Shown: positions 46,821 through 57,249, numbered from the stretch's first letter. The stretch: 64,000 bases of DNA from an uncultured Gemmatimonadales bacterium (GCA_963748815.1 CAVVKJ010000007.1:1-64000); one strand, 5' to 3'. Made by a program: numbers and translations. Notes: a model not told the origin generated them from the sequence alone.

Positions 46821-47825
46821 TCACGGCCTGACCGGCCCCTCTCCCGCCCCGGTCTCCCGGATGATCCCAGCGATCTCCTCGAGATCCTCTTCTGACAGGC
46901 GCAACCTCGCCGCACCGATCCATCCGTCCACCTGCGCCGCCGCACGCGCCCCCACGATGGCCCCCGTTACCGCCGGCCACGCGAGCACCCAGGCGATGGC
47001 AATTTCGCCGGTGGACACGCCGTGCCGCTCCGCAACAGGACGCAGCCCGTCACGCAGGGTCAGGTTGGCGGCGAACCGCGGCCCCGTGAACTCCGAGCCG
47101 CGATGGCGGTAGTCGTCGGGGGGTAGGGCGGCGAGTCGCGCCGCGGAGAACCGATCGGTCAGCAGGCCTGACTGCATCGGGCTATACGCGATGACGCCGA
47201 CATCGTGCGCGCGGCACCAGGGGAGCTCCGCGGCCGCGACCTTGCGCCGGATGAGCGAGAACGGGGGCTGGAGCGACGCCACCGGCCCGCGCGCGGCGCA
47301 CCGGTCGAGGAGCGGCACGTCGAAATTGCAGACGCCTGCCCACCGGACCTTCCCCTCAGCGATCAGCCGCAGCATCGTCTCCCACGAGTCCTCGACGGCG
47401 GTGCCCGTCTCGTCGGGCCAGTGGAACTGGTACAGGTCGATGCGCTCCACGCCGAGCCGGCCCAGCGACGCCTCGCACTCCTGCCGGATGGAGGCGGGCC
47501 GGAGGACGCGCCGTGGCTCCGCCATGCGATCGCCTGGATCCCAGACGAGGCCGCACTTGGTGAAGAGGAGGGGACGCTCGGCCAACGGCAGCGACGCCAC
47601 CGCCCGCCCCACCACTTCCTCGGAGTGGCCGAGGCCATACACGGCGGCAGTGTCGATCCAGTTGATGCCCAGCTCGACCGCGCGGTGAATGGCGCCCACC
47701 GATGCCTCGTCGTCCTGCGGCCCCCATCCGAAGGCCCAGGGGCCGCCGATTGCCCAGGTGCCCAGGCCGAGCGCCGTGATGTCCAGATCGGTCCGCCCAA
47801 GGCGGCGACGCGGCAGTGCGGCCAT
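46821..47825 (-). CDS. Aldo/keto reductase
   Basis: GLGTWAIGG, IDTAAVYG, IDLYQFHWPD and AYSPM.SGLL motifs. Confidence 0.92.
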   Translation of the reverse strand: MAALPRRRLGRTDLDITALGLGTWAIGGPWAFGWGPQDDEASVGAIHRAVELGINWIDTAAVYGLGHSEEVVGRAVASLPLAERPLLFTKCGLVWDPGDRMAEPRRVLRPASIRQECEASLGRLGVERIDLYQFHWPDETGTAVEDSWETMLRLIAEGKVRWAGVCNFDVPLLDRCAARGPVASLQPPFSLIRRKVAAAELPWCRAHDVGVIAYSPMQSGLLTDRFSAARLAALPPDDYRHRGSEFTGPRFAANLTLRDGLRPVAERHGVSTGEIAIAWVLAWPAVTGAIVGARAAAQVDGWIGAARLRLSEEDLEEIAGIIRETGAGEGPVRP

Positions 47826-48388
47826 CAGTAGATCACCCCGCCCGCGGCCTGGTACGCGGTGAAGAGCGCCCGCGCCTCCTCCCGCATCACGTTCCGCCGG
47901 ACCGTGACACCCTTCCGCTCCAGGTGGGCATAGCTCTCCGGGAAGACGGGGCCTTCGTCGTACCCGATGGCCTCGGCGTCTCCCTTGGTGGCGCCGGTCA
48001 CCAGGGAGGCGGCACCGCTCCAGAAGACGGCGCCGAGGCACATCGCGCACGGTTCGCAGGAGGAGACCAGCTCGTGGGGCGGCATTCCCTCCGCACCCAA
48101 CGAGTGACTGTGCAGCCGGGCCCCCGCCATCATGAGGGCGACGACTTCCGCATGGAGCACGCAGTTGTGGGAGGGGACGGCCATGTTCACGCCAACGGCC
48201 ACGAGTCGTCCGCCATCGCGCTCGAAGACCGCCGCGGCGAACGGGCCGCCGGTCGCGCGGCGCACCTGTTCATGCCCCAGCGCGATGACGAGAGCCATCC
48301 GGTCCTCGACCCGCGCGTACCGGCGCTGCCAGTCGACGAGCCCGTCGACCCAGGAAGGGAGTTCGATTTGCAGTCGGGGAGATGGCAT
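47825..48388 (-). CDS. Zn-dependent nucleoside/nucleobase deaminase (guanine deaminase-like)
   Basis: GGPFAA, HAE and EPCAMC motifs. Confidence 0.85.
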   Translation of the reverse strand: MPSPRLQIELPSWVDGLVDWQRRYARVEDRMALVIALGHEQVRRATGGPFAAAVFERDGGRLVAVGVNMAVPSHNCVLHAEVVALMMAGARLHSHSLGAEGMPPHELVSSCEPCAMCLGAVFWSGAASLVTGATKGDAEAIGYDEGPVFPESYAHLERKGVTVRRNVMREEARALFTAYQAAGGVIY

Positions 48389-48425
48389 GGAGTCGTCCTC
48401 TCGCGTGGCACGGTGCAGGTCGTGT

Positions 48426-49343
48426 TCAGGTGCCCGGGCGCATCCGTGTCGTGGTGATGAGTCCAACAGCGAAGAGAATCACCGCCGCCGCGATGAGGAT
48501 GCGGAGGCTCAACGCCTCGCCCGCCAGGGCCCACCCGAGGATGACCGCCACGAGCGGGTTGACATAGGAGATGGTCGCGAGCCGGTCCGGCGTGGTGTGC
48601 CGGATGAGCCAGAAGTAGGCCGAATAGGAGATCAGCGAGCCAAAAATGGCGAGGTACAGGTAGGCCGTGGCCGAGCTGGCGGAGACGCCCGCCCAGGTGA
48701 AGTGCTGGAAGTCACCGGCCAGCGCCGCAATCACGAGGAGCGTCACCCCCGCCACGATCATCTGCTGGGACACGAAGAGCGTGGGGTATTTCGGGCGGGC
48801 CAGCTTGATGGCGTAGATCGAGCCGACTGACCAGCTCAGCGCGGCCCCCGTGAGGACGATGGCACCGATCGGATCGACGTGCTCGCTGCCCGCGAAGTTG
48901 CCCGGGACGACCAGGAGGGCGACGCCCCCGAATCCGGTGATGAGTCCCGCCACGGTGCGGGCGCCCGGGCGCCGGGCGCCGAGCCAGAGCCAGTTGAGGA
49001 GGACGAGCCAAAGGGCTGAAGTGCAGACGATCAGGGCGGTCAGCCCGCTCGGGACGAGCTGTTCGGCCCAGGTGGTGGCGCCGTTGGCGGTCACCAGCAT
49101 GAGGACGCCGAGGCCGGCGGCGCGAATCCAGTCCTGTCGCGACGGGCTCGGCACCCCCTGTCGCACCCTGCTCCAGGCAAAGAGCAGGAGGCCGGCGAGC
49201 AGGTGCCGCGACCCCGCCATCAGGAAGGGCGGGATCGACTCGATGGCGAACCGGATGCCGAGGTAGGTGGACCCCCAGATGAGGTAGACGGCCGCCCATG
49301 CCAGCACGAGCCGACTGGTCGCGGGGCGCTCCAGGTCGGTCAA
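48426..49343 (-). CDS. EamA/DMT-family transporter (YedA-like)
   Basis: VYLIWGSTYLGIR, about ten TM helices, SYVNPLVAVILG. Confidence 0.9.
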   Translation of the reverse strand: MTDLERPATSRLVLAWAAVYLIWGSTYLGIRFAIESIPPFLMAGSRHLLAGLLLFAWSRVRQGVPSPSRQDWIRAAGLGVLMLVTANGATTWAEQLVPSGLTALIVCTSALWLVLLNWLWLGARRPGARTVAGLITGFGGVALLVVPGNFAGSEHVDPIGAIVLTGAALSWSVGSIYAIKLARPKYPTLFVSQQMIVAGVTLLVIAALAGDFQHFTWAGVSASSATAYLYLAIFGSLISYSAYFWLIRHTTPDRLATISYVNPLVAVILGWALAGEALSLRILIAAAVILFAVGLITTTRMRPGT

Positions 49344-50368
49344 GCGGCTGGCGACGGCGGCGCGGGCGCGTCGCCGCTGAGGCTCACGTACTCCTCGTTG
49401 TACATCCGGACCAGTTCAAAGAAGTAGGAGAGCGCGAGCGGGCCGATCAGCAATCCCAGCAACCCGAGGTAGCGAACGCCGGCGAACGCACCGAGGATGG
49501 TGATGAGGGGATGCGTCTGGGCCCAGCGACGGAAGACGATGGGCCGGATGACGTTATCGACGTTGCCGACGATCAGCGCGCCGAAGGCCAGCATCCCGAG
49601 AGCGGCGAGGTGCGAACCTTCCAGGTAGAGGACGACCGCCGCCGGAATCCAGACGAGCCCGCTGCCGACCACGGGGAGGATGGCGAAGACGATGGTCACC
49701 ACACCCCAGAACGCCGCGTTGGGGAGGCCGGCCAGCGCGATGGCCACGCCCACCATGAGGCCCTGGATGCTGGCCGTCACGCCGGTTCCGATGACGGTCG
49801 AAATCGTCACGGCCCGAAACCGCTCGCGCAGCAGTTCGGCGCTGGCGGCGCTGAACGGGATATAGGGACGGATGGCGAGCCAGGCCGTGCCTTCCGTGAC
49901 CAGCATGAAGTACAGCACGAAGAACGCGATGGCCAGATTGAAGCCCATGAGCGTGACGGTCCCCACCGCGGCGAACGCGCCGCGCCCAATGCCGCCGATC
50001 ACCGTCTGGCCCACCTTGACGAGTTCGGGACCCACCGCGTATCCGGCCACCGTGAGCGACCGCAGCTTGGCCAGCGAGGGGTTCTGCACCAGGTGGGACA
50101 CCACATCCTGGGCCTGCCCGACGATCATCGTGAGGAGCCAGGAACCGGGGACGATGATGAGCAGGACCGCCACGAGCACGGTCAGTCCCGACGCCAGCGC
50201 CGGGCTCAGGCGCCTGGTGAACCGCTTGTAGACCGGCTCGAAGATGACGTAGAAGACCGGCGCGGCGAGGAGTCCGGAGACAAACGGCGCCAGCGCCACG
50301 AGGATGCCGACGCCCAGCAACAGGATCAGAATCGCGGCTCGTCCCTGACGGGTACTGACGTTGATCAT
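49340..50368 (-). CDS. AI-2E family transporter
   Basis: LPVVGSGLVWIP, DNVIRP, HPL and GLLIGP motifs. Confidence 0.88.
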   Translation of the reverse strand: MINVSTRQGRAAILILLLGVGILVALAPFVSGLLAAPVFYVIFEPVYKRFTRRLSPALASGLTVLVAVLLIIVPGSWLLTMIVGQAQDVVSHLVQNPSLAKLRSLTVAGYAVGPELVKVGQTVIGGIGRGAFAAVGTVTLMGFNLAIAFFVLYFMLVTEGTAWLAIRPYIPFSAASAELLRERFRAVTISTVIGTGVTASIQGLMVGVAIALAGLPNAAFWGVVTIVFAILPVVGSGLVWIPAAVVLYLEGSHLAALGMLAFGALIVGNVDNVIRPIVFRRWAQTHPLITILGAFAGVRYLGLLGLLIGPLALSYFFELVRMYNEEYVSLSGDAPAPPSPAA

Positions 50369-50459
50369 CGCAAGGCTCCCTGGGGCTCGGCGGAACAAGG
50401 CCGTAATCTAGCGCCACGTTCCGTGGCCTGCCCACCCGGTGGGGCGGTATCTTACCGAG

Positions 50460-51749
50460 ATGACACGCACGCCCGGGCGCGTCCTCCTTGTCGCCATCGC
50501 CATGATGGCCGGCGCCGTGCCCGCCGCCTCGGCGCAGCGCGGCGGCACCGTCGAACTCGTTCCGCTCGGCCGCTACGCCTTCTTTCCCGACTCCCTGGCG
50601 CTCACGAGCGGCTTCGGCGTCGGCGCCGAGGTCGGTCTCTTCGTCACCAAGAAGCTGAGCCTGGAGATCGGCGGCAGCTTCGCCGCCACGAGCCTCCCCG
50701 ACTCGACCACCGTGCAGGTGCGTTCGCTGACCGGTCGGTTCCTGGTTCACCTTCCCCTGCAGGGAGGGACCAGCGCGCTGTTCGGCCTCGGGTACACGCG
50801 CACCCGCTACGCCCAGGGGCTCGATCTCGACCAGGAGGGCGCGGGCGGGCTGGTCGGATTCCGCTTCGGCCTCGGACCGCGGCTGGGACTCCGGGTGGAG
50901 GCGACCGCCGACTACGTCGCCCCGCCCGGCGCACAGAACGACCGGGAATGGGACCTGGCGCTGCAGGTGGGGCTGTCGATGTTCGCCGGCCCCCTCGGTG
51001 CGCGGGACAGCGATCGTGACGGCGTGCCCAACAAGGAGGACCGCTGTCCGGGAACTTCCGCGGGCGAGCCCGTCGATCCGACCGGGTGCCCGCTCGCGAA
51101 AGACGCCGATGCCGACGGGGTGCTCGACGGTGGGGATCGCTGCCCCGGAACACCGCGGGGGCAGCGGGTGGACCTGACCGGCTGCAACGCAGACCTCGAC
51201 GGGGACGGCGTGGCGAACGCCATCGACAGGTGCCCCGCGACGCCCCCCGGCACCGCGGCCGACCAGTTCGGGTGCCCCCCACCGGCCGCCCCCTCCGACT
51301 CCGACCTCGACGGCGTGCCCGACATGCGGGACCGCTGCCCGGGGACTCCCGCGGGGACTCCGGTCGACGCCCTCGGCTGTCCGACGCCCGCCGTCGTGAG
51401 GGACACCACACCTCGCCTGATCCTGCACGGCGTGACCTTCGCGACGGGGAGCGCCACGCTCACGCCGGGGGCGCAGTCATCCCTTCGCGTCACGGCGGCG
51501 TCGCTGCTCGGCCAACCGGCCGTGCGCCTCGAGGTGGCCGGGTACACGGATGACACCGGCTCACGCGCCGTGAACGAGCGCCTGTCGCAGGCCCGCGCGG
51601 AATCGGTACGCGCCTTTCTCGTCTCGTCGGGTGTCCCGTCGGACCGGTTGACGGCACGCGGATACGGCCCAGCCGATCCGCTCGCGAGCAACGCCACCGC
51701 CGAAGGGAGAGCACTCAACCGGCGCGTGGAATTGCGCCGCCTCGACTGA
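50460..51749 (+). CDS. OmpA-family outer-membrane protein with Ca-binding thrombospondin-3-like repeats
   Basis: Signal peptide, beta-barrel, four DxDxDGV..DRCP repeats, then GYTD, N.RLSQARA and NRRVE. Confidence 0.9.
   Translation: MTRTPGRVLLVAIAMMAGAVPAASAQRGGTVELVPLGRYAFFPDSLALTSGFGVGAEVGLFVTKKLSLEIGGSFAATSLPDSTTVQVRSLTGRFLVHLPLQGGTSALFGLGYTRTRYAQGLDLDQEGAGGLVGFRFGLGPRLGLRVEATADYVAPPGAQNDREWDLALQVGLSMFAGPLGARDSDRDGVPNKEDRCPGTSAGEPVDPTGCPLAKDADADGVLDGGDRCPGTPRGQRVDLTGCNADLDGDGVANAIDRCPATPPGTAADQFGCPPPAAPSDSDLDGVPDMRDRCPGTPAGTPVDALGCPTPAVVRDTTPRLILHGVTFATGSATLTPGAQSSLRVTAASLLGQPAVRLEVAGYTDDTGSRAVNERLSQARAESVRAFLVSSGVPSDRLTARGYGPADPLASNATAEGRALNRRVELRRLD
51006..51385 (+). repeat. Four intragenic TSP3-like repeats
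   Basis: DSDRDGVPNKEDRCPGT, DADADGVLDGGDRCPGT, DLDGDGVANAIDRCPAT and DSDLDGVPDMRDRCPGT. Confidence 0.8.
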
Positions 51750-51899
51750 CCGGGCCGCGGGCCACACCGCTCCCGCAGGAGATTTCTTCAACTCGCGTTC
51801 CGTTTCCCTTCATAGTTGGTAGGCAATTCTTCGCCAGTGGTCTGCGGCGTTCCCCTGCGGGGCCGCCGGCACGACGCCTGAAACTTCAGGAGGAAGACG

Positions 51900-53105
51900 A
51901 TGTCAGTTCGCACTGCCTCGCTCGCTGGCGCCTTCGTGGCGGTCCTCGCCCTTTCTCTGCCCAGCGAGGCCTCGGCCATCCCCGCATTCGCCCGCAAGTA
52001 CCGGGTGAGCTGCAGCCTCTGCCACAATCCCTTCCCCGCCCTGACGGCGTTCGGGGAGCAGTTTGCCGGCAACGGATTCCGGATGGCCATCGACGAGGAA
52101 CCGAGGGATACGATCGCCACCGGCGACGACCTCCTGACGCTGCCCTCCAGCCTCCCCCTCGCGCTGCGACTGGACGCCTACGCCCAGCTCTACTCCGACG
52201 GCAAGGCGGCCACCGACTTCCAGATGCCGTGGAACCTGAAGCTGCTCTCCGGCGGAACGCTCGGGAAGAAGCTGTCATACTACGTCTACTTCCTGCTGGC
52301 TGAGCGGGGAGAGGTGGCGGGCGTCGAGGACGCGTTCATCTACTGGAATGACATCGGCGGCGCGCCGGTGGACCTCGCGGTCGGACAGTTCCAGGTCTCC
52401 GACCCGATGTTCAAGCGGGAGCTCCGGCTGGAAGTCATGGACTACGCCATCTACAAGGTGCTTGTCGGCCTGCAGCCCGCGAACCTGACCTACGACCGCG
52501 GCTTCATGGCCTCGGCGGACCTGGCGGGGTTCACGATCACCGGCACCCTGGTGAACGGGGACGGCATTCCGGCCATCAATCCGGCGTTCAAGTACGACAA
52601 CGACGCGAACAAGAATCTCTTCGGGCACATCTCCCGCGACCTCGGCAGCCACGCCCGCCTCGGCCTGATGGGGTACACCGGGCGGCAGAACGGCGACATC
52701 TACGGATTCCCGGACCAGAACAACGACATCTCGATGTGGGGAGCGGACGCGACCTTTGGCGCGGGCATCTTCCAGCTCAACCTCCAGTACGTCGCCAGGA
52801 CGGACACGGAGGCGGAGTTCATCCCCGATGAGCCGACGGTGGACACCAAGGGGGGGTTCGCCGAGGTCCTGGTGCGGCCGGTGGGAAGCCGCTGGTACGG
52901 GTATGGGCTGTACAACTACATCGAGGCCAACGCGCCGGTCCTGAACGTCAAGATGTTCGTGCCGATCGACGTGTCCGAGTACGAGTCGATCGCGGTCGGC
53001 GGCGGCTACCTGGTCTACCGGAACTTCAGGGTGTACGGCGAGTACGGGTATGACTTCAACAACGAGCTCAATCGGTTGACCGCCGGTTTCACCACGGCAT
53101 TCTGA
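51900..53105 (+). CDS. Cyc2-like fused monoheme cytochrome c-porin
   Basis: Signal peptide, then IPAFARKYRVSCSLCHNPFPALTAFG..F..NGF, then a beta-barrel ending in Phe. Confidence 0.8.
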   Translation: MSVRTASLAGAFVAVLALSLPSEASAIPAFARKYRVSCSLCHNPFPALTAFGEQFAGNGFRMAIDEEPRDTIATGDDLLTLPSSLPLALRLDAYAQLYSDGKAATDFQMPWNLKLLSGGTLGKKLSYYVYFLLAERGEVAGVEDAFIYWNDIGGAPVDLAVGQFQVSDPMFKRELRLEVMDYAIYKVLVGLQPANLTYDRGFMASADLAGFTITGTLVNGDGIPAINPAFKYDNDANKNLFGHISRDLGSHARLGLMGYTGRQNGDIYGFPDQNNDISMWGADATFGAGIFQLNLQYVARTDTEAEFIPDEPTVDTKGGFAEVLVRPVGSRWYGYGLYNYIEANAPVLNVKMFVPIDVSEYESIAVGGGYLVYRNFRVYGEYGYDFNNELNRLTAGFTTAF

Positions 53106-53116
53106 GGAAGGGCCAC

Positions 53117-53521
53117 ATGTCTACCTATCGCGCCATCGGTGCCGCGGCCATCCTCCTGGGATGCACCGCCATCCGCGCCGGTGCGCAGGCCCAGGCACCG
53201 ACACCGACACCGCTCCCCGAAGGCGTCACGCCGGCCATGGTCACCCAGGGCGCCTCGATCTTCAAAGGCCCGGGGATGTGTTCTGTCTGTCACGGGATCG
53301 ACGGGAAGGGAGGAGTGGGACCCAACCTCACTGATACCACGTGGATTCATTCGAAGGGAAGCTACGAGGAGATCGTCCAGCAGATCACGACCGGTGTCCC
53401 GACCAAGGAATCGAAGAGCGGGATTCCCATGCCGCCCAAGGGGGGCAGTGGGATCAATGAGTCGCAGGTGAAGGCGGTGGCCGCGTACGTCTGGACGCTG
53501 AGCCATCCGGGCGCGAAGTAG
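53117..53521 (+). CDS. Periplasmic monoheme cytochrome c
   Basis: Signal peptide, CSVCH, GPNLTD and axial Met in MPPKGG. Confidence 0.9.
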   Translation: MSTYRAIGAAAILLGCTAIRAGAQAQAPTPTPLPEGVTPAMVTQGASIFKGPGMCSVCHGIDGKGGVGPNLTDTTWIHSKGSYEEIVQQITTGVPTKESKSGIPMPPKGGSGINESQVKAVAAYVWTLSHPGAK

Positions 53522-53524
53522 GCA

Positions 53525-54682
53525 CTACCGCACCTGCCTGCGCCCGCCGAACCAGAGAACTCCCCCGAGCGCGATGCCCAGGATGCCGAGCGCCGAGGGC
53601 CAGTACGGCGTGCGGCGGGGCTCTGGCAATCCCGCGTCGCGGATCTGCCGCCGCAGCTGCCCCTGAAACCACGCGCCCAGCGACATCCCGGCCACTGCCT
53701 GAAAGGCCTCCGGGACGGGGCGGGTGCTCGTCCAGAACTCGGCAAAGCGCGCCGCCCCGAGGTCCTCCAACATCATCGCGAGAAGGCCCTGCACCGCCAT
53801 GCTGGGAAGGTCGAACTGGCCCTCAATCCCCCGCCGCATCACCCATTCATTGCCGACCACCCCACTCGGCAGCCAGTTGGAGGCTTCGGCCGGCGCCTCC
53901 AGGAACACCGCCTCACAGAGCTGCGGCCGATCGAAGACGCAGGCCTCGAGCATCATCGATTCGCCGTAAAACGAGCCGCGCATTTGCCCGAGGAGGCGAT
54001 ACTGCCATCCCGGCGCCTCCACCGCGTCCGGCAACGAGATGAGCGGCTGGTAGTTGGGCGGGACGCTGGCCGCCACGTCCCAGAGGCGGGCGTCGAGCCA
54101 GGCGCGTACCTTCGGCCCCGGCGCCCCGAAGCGCGATTGGAACCAGCACGGACCCACGGCGCCAAGCCAGGGCGCCTGCCTCCAGGTGAACTGCTCGTAG
54201 CGGTTGAGCGCACTGTCCCCGGGCGAGACGATGTGCACTGTGGTGCAGACTTCTTCCGCATCACGGCGCGAAAAGAGCGCAAAGGAGGACAATGTTCCGG
54301 TGGGGAGGCTGGAGTCGTTCGGCCACTGGATGACCGCGAGGCGCACGGGAGCCCCCTGGAGTGCCGGTTCGGTGAGGGTGGAAAAGAGACTCTCCGCCAC
54401 CTCGACCGCTGCCGACGCGCCCTCACCGAGAATGAGGACCGCGGGCGCAGCACCGACGGGATAGGTCGCGAACGCGGAATCGACTCTGTCCCGCAATGCA
54501 CCTGTCCGCACCTGCCACCCGAGGTGCCGGATGGAGTCCCTGAGCTCCCTTTGTGCCGTCCTGTCCGCCGCCAGCAGTCGGCGGGCGCGGCGGCTGCCGA
54601 CGTTGCCACCGAAGACGGACCAGGCGGAGAGCACGACGGCCATCGCCGCGAGCGTGCCGAGCACGCGATTGCTCACCGCCAT
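53525..54682 (-). CDS. Hypothetical membrane-anchored extracytoplasmic protein of the ABC locus
   Basis: N- and C-terminal hydrophobic helices; overlaps the upstream stop codon. Start at 54682 or 54676. Confidence 0.6.
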   Translation of the reverse strand: MAVSNRVLGTLAAMAVVLSAWSVFGGNVGSRRARRLLAADRTAQRELRDSIRHLGWQVRTGALRDRVDSAFATYPVGAAPAVLILGEGASAAVEVAESLFSTLTEPALQGAPVRLAVIQWPNDSSLPTGTLSSFALFSRRDAEEVCTTVHIVSPGDSALNRYEQFTWRQAPWLGAVGPCWFQSRFGAPGPKVRAWLDARLWDVAASVPPNYQPLISLPDAVEAPGWQYRLLGQMRGSFYGESMMLEACVFDRPQLCEAVFLEAPAEASNWLPSGVVGNEWVMRRGIEGQFDLPSMAVQGLLAMMLEDLGAARFAEFWTSTRPVPEAFQAVAGMSLGAWFQGQLRRQIRDAGLPEPRRTPYWPSALGILGIALGGVLWFGGRRQVR

Positions 54683-55710
54683 CGGGGGCCTCGCAGGAGG
54701 AGGATCAGAATCGACGCCGACCAGAGCAGGCTGATCAGGAGTTCCGACGACGGATGGAGCGGACCGCGCGGCGAGGCATGCCGGACCTCGGCGATCCAGC
54801 GAACGAGCAGGGCGTCGAGCGGCACCCCAGCGGCCGCGGCGAGGCGGGATTCGAGCGGGAGTGACCGGTCGCGGACGAGCCGCTGAAAGGCGGAATCGCC
54901 GCCGGCGTCCAGCGCCAGCTCGACCAGGTACCTCCGCCCCTCGGCTCCGACGGGAGGAAGCAGCCGGAGGGGAGTCAACACCGCGCGACACGCCGACAAG
55001 TCGTTGCGACTCATGCACGACTGGCGATTCGCCAGGTCCGCCCCGTTGAGTTCTCCCTCGATCAGTTCCGCCAGCCGCGGCCAGGTGGAGGCGGAATACC
55101 ACTCCCCGAGCGTGTCGGCCGCCAGGCCAAGCCCGATCGAGACGGCACACTTCGATGCGACACCCTCGAGACACGCCACATTGGAGCGCGCCGGCCGTCG
55201 GGCGAGCTGGACCACGACGTCCTTCAGGGCGCCTCTATCGACAAGGAGCCCGGGCACGTTGCCCCGCAGCCAGCCGGTGAGGACAGGGTCCTCGTGCTGC
55301 CAGATGGCGCGGGCGCTCGTCCGCATGAACATGCCCGCAAGCTCGCGCACCGCCGAGGAATCGCTGCGCGTCGTTCCGGTGGGACCCCATTGCACCACCG
55401 GCACGTCGACCGATCCCACCACGGCAATCCCGAACTGCGCAATGAGCCCGCGCCACGCTTCCTCCGCCGCCTGCTGTACCAGCGGGCGATACGGCGCCGA
55501 GGTGGCGACGCGCAACCCTCCGACCACCACCGTGTCATTGGTCCTGGCTCGGCTGGCCGCGCTCTCGCGCGCGGCAATGGCGCGGTTGAGCGAATCGAGC
55601 CGGACCTCCATCCGCGCCAGGTTGGCGGCCGGATCCTGGGCGGCGGCCGGCGTCGTACCGGCCAGCCCCACCAGCAGAGCGATCCATCCGCGACGTCCCT
55701 TACACATCAA
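54673..55710 (-). CDS. Hypothetical exported protein with C-terminal membrane helix
   Basis: Signal peptide ending ...PAAAQ, Cys pairs, C-terminal TM helix with basic tail; coupled to the permease gene. Confidence 0.65.
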   Translation of the reverse strand: MMCKGRRGWIALLVGLAGTTPAAAQDPAANLARMEVRLDSLNRAIAARESAASRARTNDTVVVGGLRVATSAPYRPLVQQAAEEAWRGLIAQFGIAVVGSVDVPVVQWGPTGTTRSDSSAVRELAGMFMRTSARAIWQHEDPVLTGWLRGNVPGLLVDRGALKDVVVQLARRPARSNVACLEGVASKCAVSIGLGLAADTLGEWYSASTWPRLAELIEGELNGADLANRQSCMSRNDLSACRAVLTPLRLLPPVGAEGRRYLVELALDAGGDSAFQRLVRDRSLPLESRLAAAAGVPLDALLVRWIAEVRHASPRGPLHPSSELLISLLWSASILILLLRGPRWR

Positions 55711-56356
55711 TCAGCATCCAGCGAGACCGAAAGATGGCCAGCGGGCTGTAGGGGCTGAGGAGGGCATCCGCGACCGCCCCCATGGGACTCCACCCCAGCG
55801 AGACGAGGTCCGCGAGCAGGGAGGCCACGATCAGCAGCAGGAACAGCGCGACGACGCCTCGCGCGGCGCGCGGGGTCAGTCCGTTGAGCGCAAAGAGAAT
55901 GGTGTATGCCGAGAGTCCGGCGAGGAAGAACCGGAGGCTGATCCCGAAGGGATAGCCGTGCAGCAACGGCGGCAGGGAGAGGCGGCTCGTGGCGACCAGC
56001 GCCGACAGGTTCATCGCCACGGTCACGACGAGGAGGAGGCACACCCCGGCCGCGTAGCGGAGCAACAGGTAGCGGTGGCGCGCAATCGGCAGGGTCAGGG
56101 CGTAAACATGCCTGGTGCGGTGGTCGGGCCACCATGCTCCCGCCGAGAGCAGCAGGGCCGCGAGCAACGCGATGATCGGATACGCTGCACCCCACTGGGC
56201 TGTCGACGCGAGGAGCTCCCAGGCGGCCCACGGGTTGCCCGGCGACCAGCTCCCCCGCAGCGAGAGGAGCGGGACGGCAACGGCCGCTGCCGCCAGGACC
56301 AGCACGGCCAGGCGGCTCTCGCGCCACTGGGTGAAGAGCATCATCCGGAACATCAT
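55700..56356 (-). CDS. ABC-2 type permease
   Basis: Five to six TM helices, YALTLPIAR..YLLLRY motif; coupled to the ATPase gene. Confidence 0.75.
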   Translation of the reverse strand: MMFRMMLFTQWRESRLAVLVLAAAAVAVPLLSLRGSWSPGNPWAAWELLASTAQWGAAYPIIALLAALLLSAGAWWPDHRTRHVYALTLPIARHRYLLLRYAAGVCLLLVVTVAMNLSALVATSRLSLPPLLHGYPFGISLRFFLAGLSAYTILFALNGLTPRAARGVVALFLLLIVASLLADLVSLGWSPMGAVADALLSPYSPLAIFRSRWMLIDV

Positions 56357-57249
56357 GCCTCCCGGTCTGAGGGGTGGCGAGCGCTGCGCAGCAGTTCCAC
56401 GAAAGCCTCCTCGAGGTCCAGGTCCACGACCTCCCTGAGCGGGTGGGCTTCGCCAAACCAGGAGGACATTTCGGGCTGCCATCCGCGCACGGTCCACACC
56501 TCGCCGCCGAGGCCGGCGTCGCCCCGCGCAATCACGGAGAAGGGCGCTGCCGCCGACGACGCCCCCGCGGTCACCCGCAGGCGCTTGAGCCCCGACTTGA
56601 ATTCCTGCATCGGCAGCTGGGCCACGACGGTGCCCTGGTCGAGGACGCCGATCCAGTCACAAAACCGTTCGAGTTCGTGCACCAGGTGGCTCGAGATGAG
56701 CACGGTCGCGCCCGATTCGGTCACGTAGTCGAGGATCGCGTGCAGCGCCTCCCGCCGCACCACCGGGTCGAGACCGTCGGTCGGCTCGTCGAGGAGAAGC
56801 AGGTCGGGCCGTTGCGCCAGCGCGAGCAGGATCATCGCCTTGCCCATCTCTCCTTTCGAGAGCCGGGAGAGCAGGCGGTTCATCGGCAGCCCGAACCGGT
56901 TGGCGAGTTCCCCGGACATTGCGTGGTCGAAGCGATGGTGGAAGGCGGCGTGAAGACTGATTGCCTCGGCCACCGTGAGATTGGGGTAGAGCTGCGGCCG
57001 TTCGGGGACGTAGCCGACCCGGCCAAGGATCGACACGATGTCGGCCGGAACGTCCTCGCCGAGCACCTGGATCGACCCACCGGACGGGCGGAGGAGTCCG
57101 AGGAGCAGCCGGATGGTCGTCGTCTTGCCGGCGCCGTTGGGGCCGAGGAAGCCGTAGACCGCACCGGCGGGCACGGAGAGGTTCAGGTCGCGGAGTGCGA
57201 ACCCCTCAATGTCGTATGAGAGTTCCCGGATGTGGATCGCGTCGGTCAT
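56353..57249 (-). CDS. ABC transporter ATP-binding protein (YtrB-like)
   Basis: GPNGAGKTT, LSKGE, LLLDEP and SSH motifs. Confidence 0.92.
   Translation of the reverse strand: MTDAIHIRELSYDIEGFALRDLNLSVPAGAVYGFLGPNGAGKTTTIRLLLGLLRPSGGSIQVLGEDVPADIVSILGRVGYVPERPQLYPNLTVAEAISLHAAFHHRFDHAMSGELANRFGLPMNRLLSRLSKGEMGKAMILLALAQRPDLLLLDEPTDGLDPVVRREALHAILDYVTESGATVLISSHLVHELERFCDWIGVLDQGTVVAQLPMQEFKSGLKRLRVTAGASSAAAPFSVIARGDAGLGGEVWTVRGWQPEMSSWFGEAHPLREVVDLDLEEAFVELLRSARHPSDREA

Noticed and set aside
51006..51385. Repeated DNA units as a CRISPR array or variable-repeat cassette
   Set aside because: They are degenerate, in-frame TSP3-like protein repeats within OmpA.
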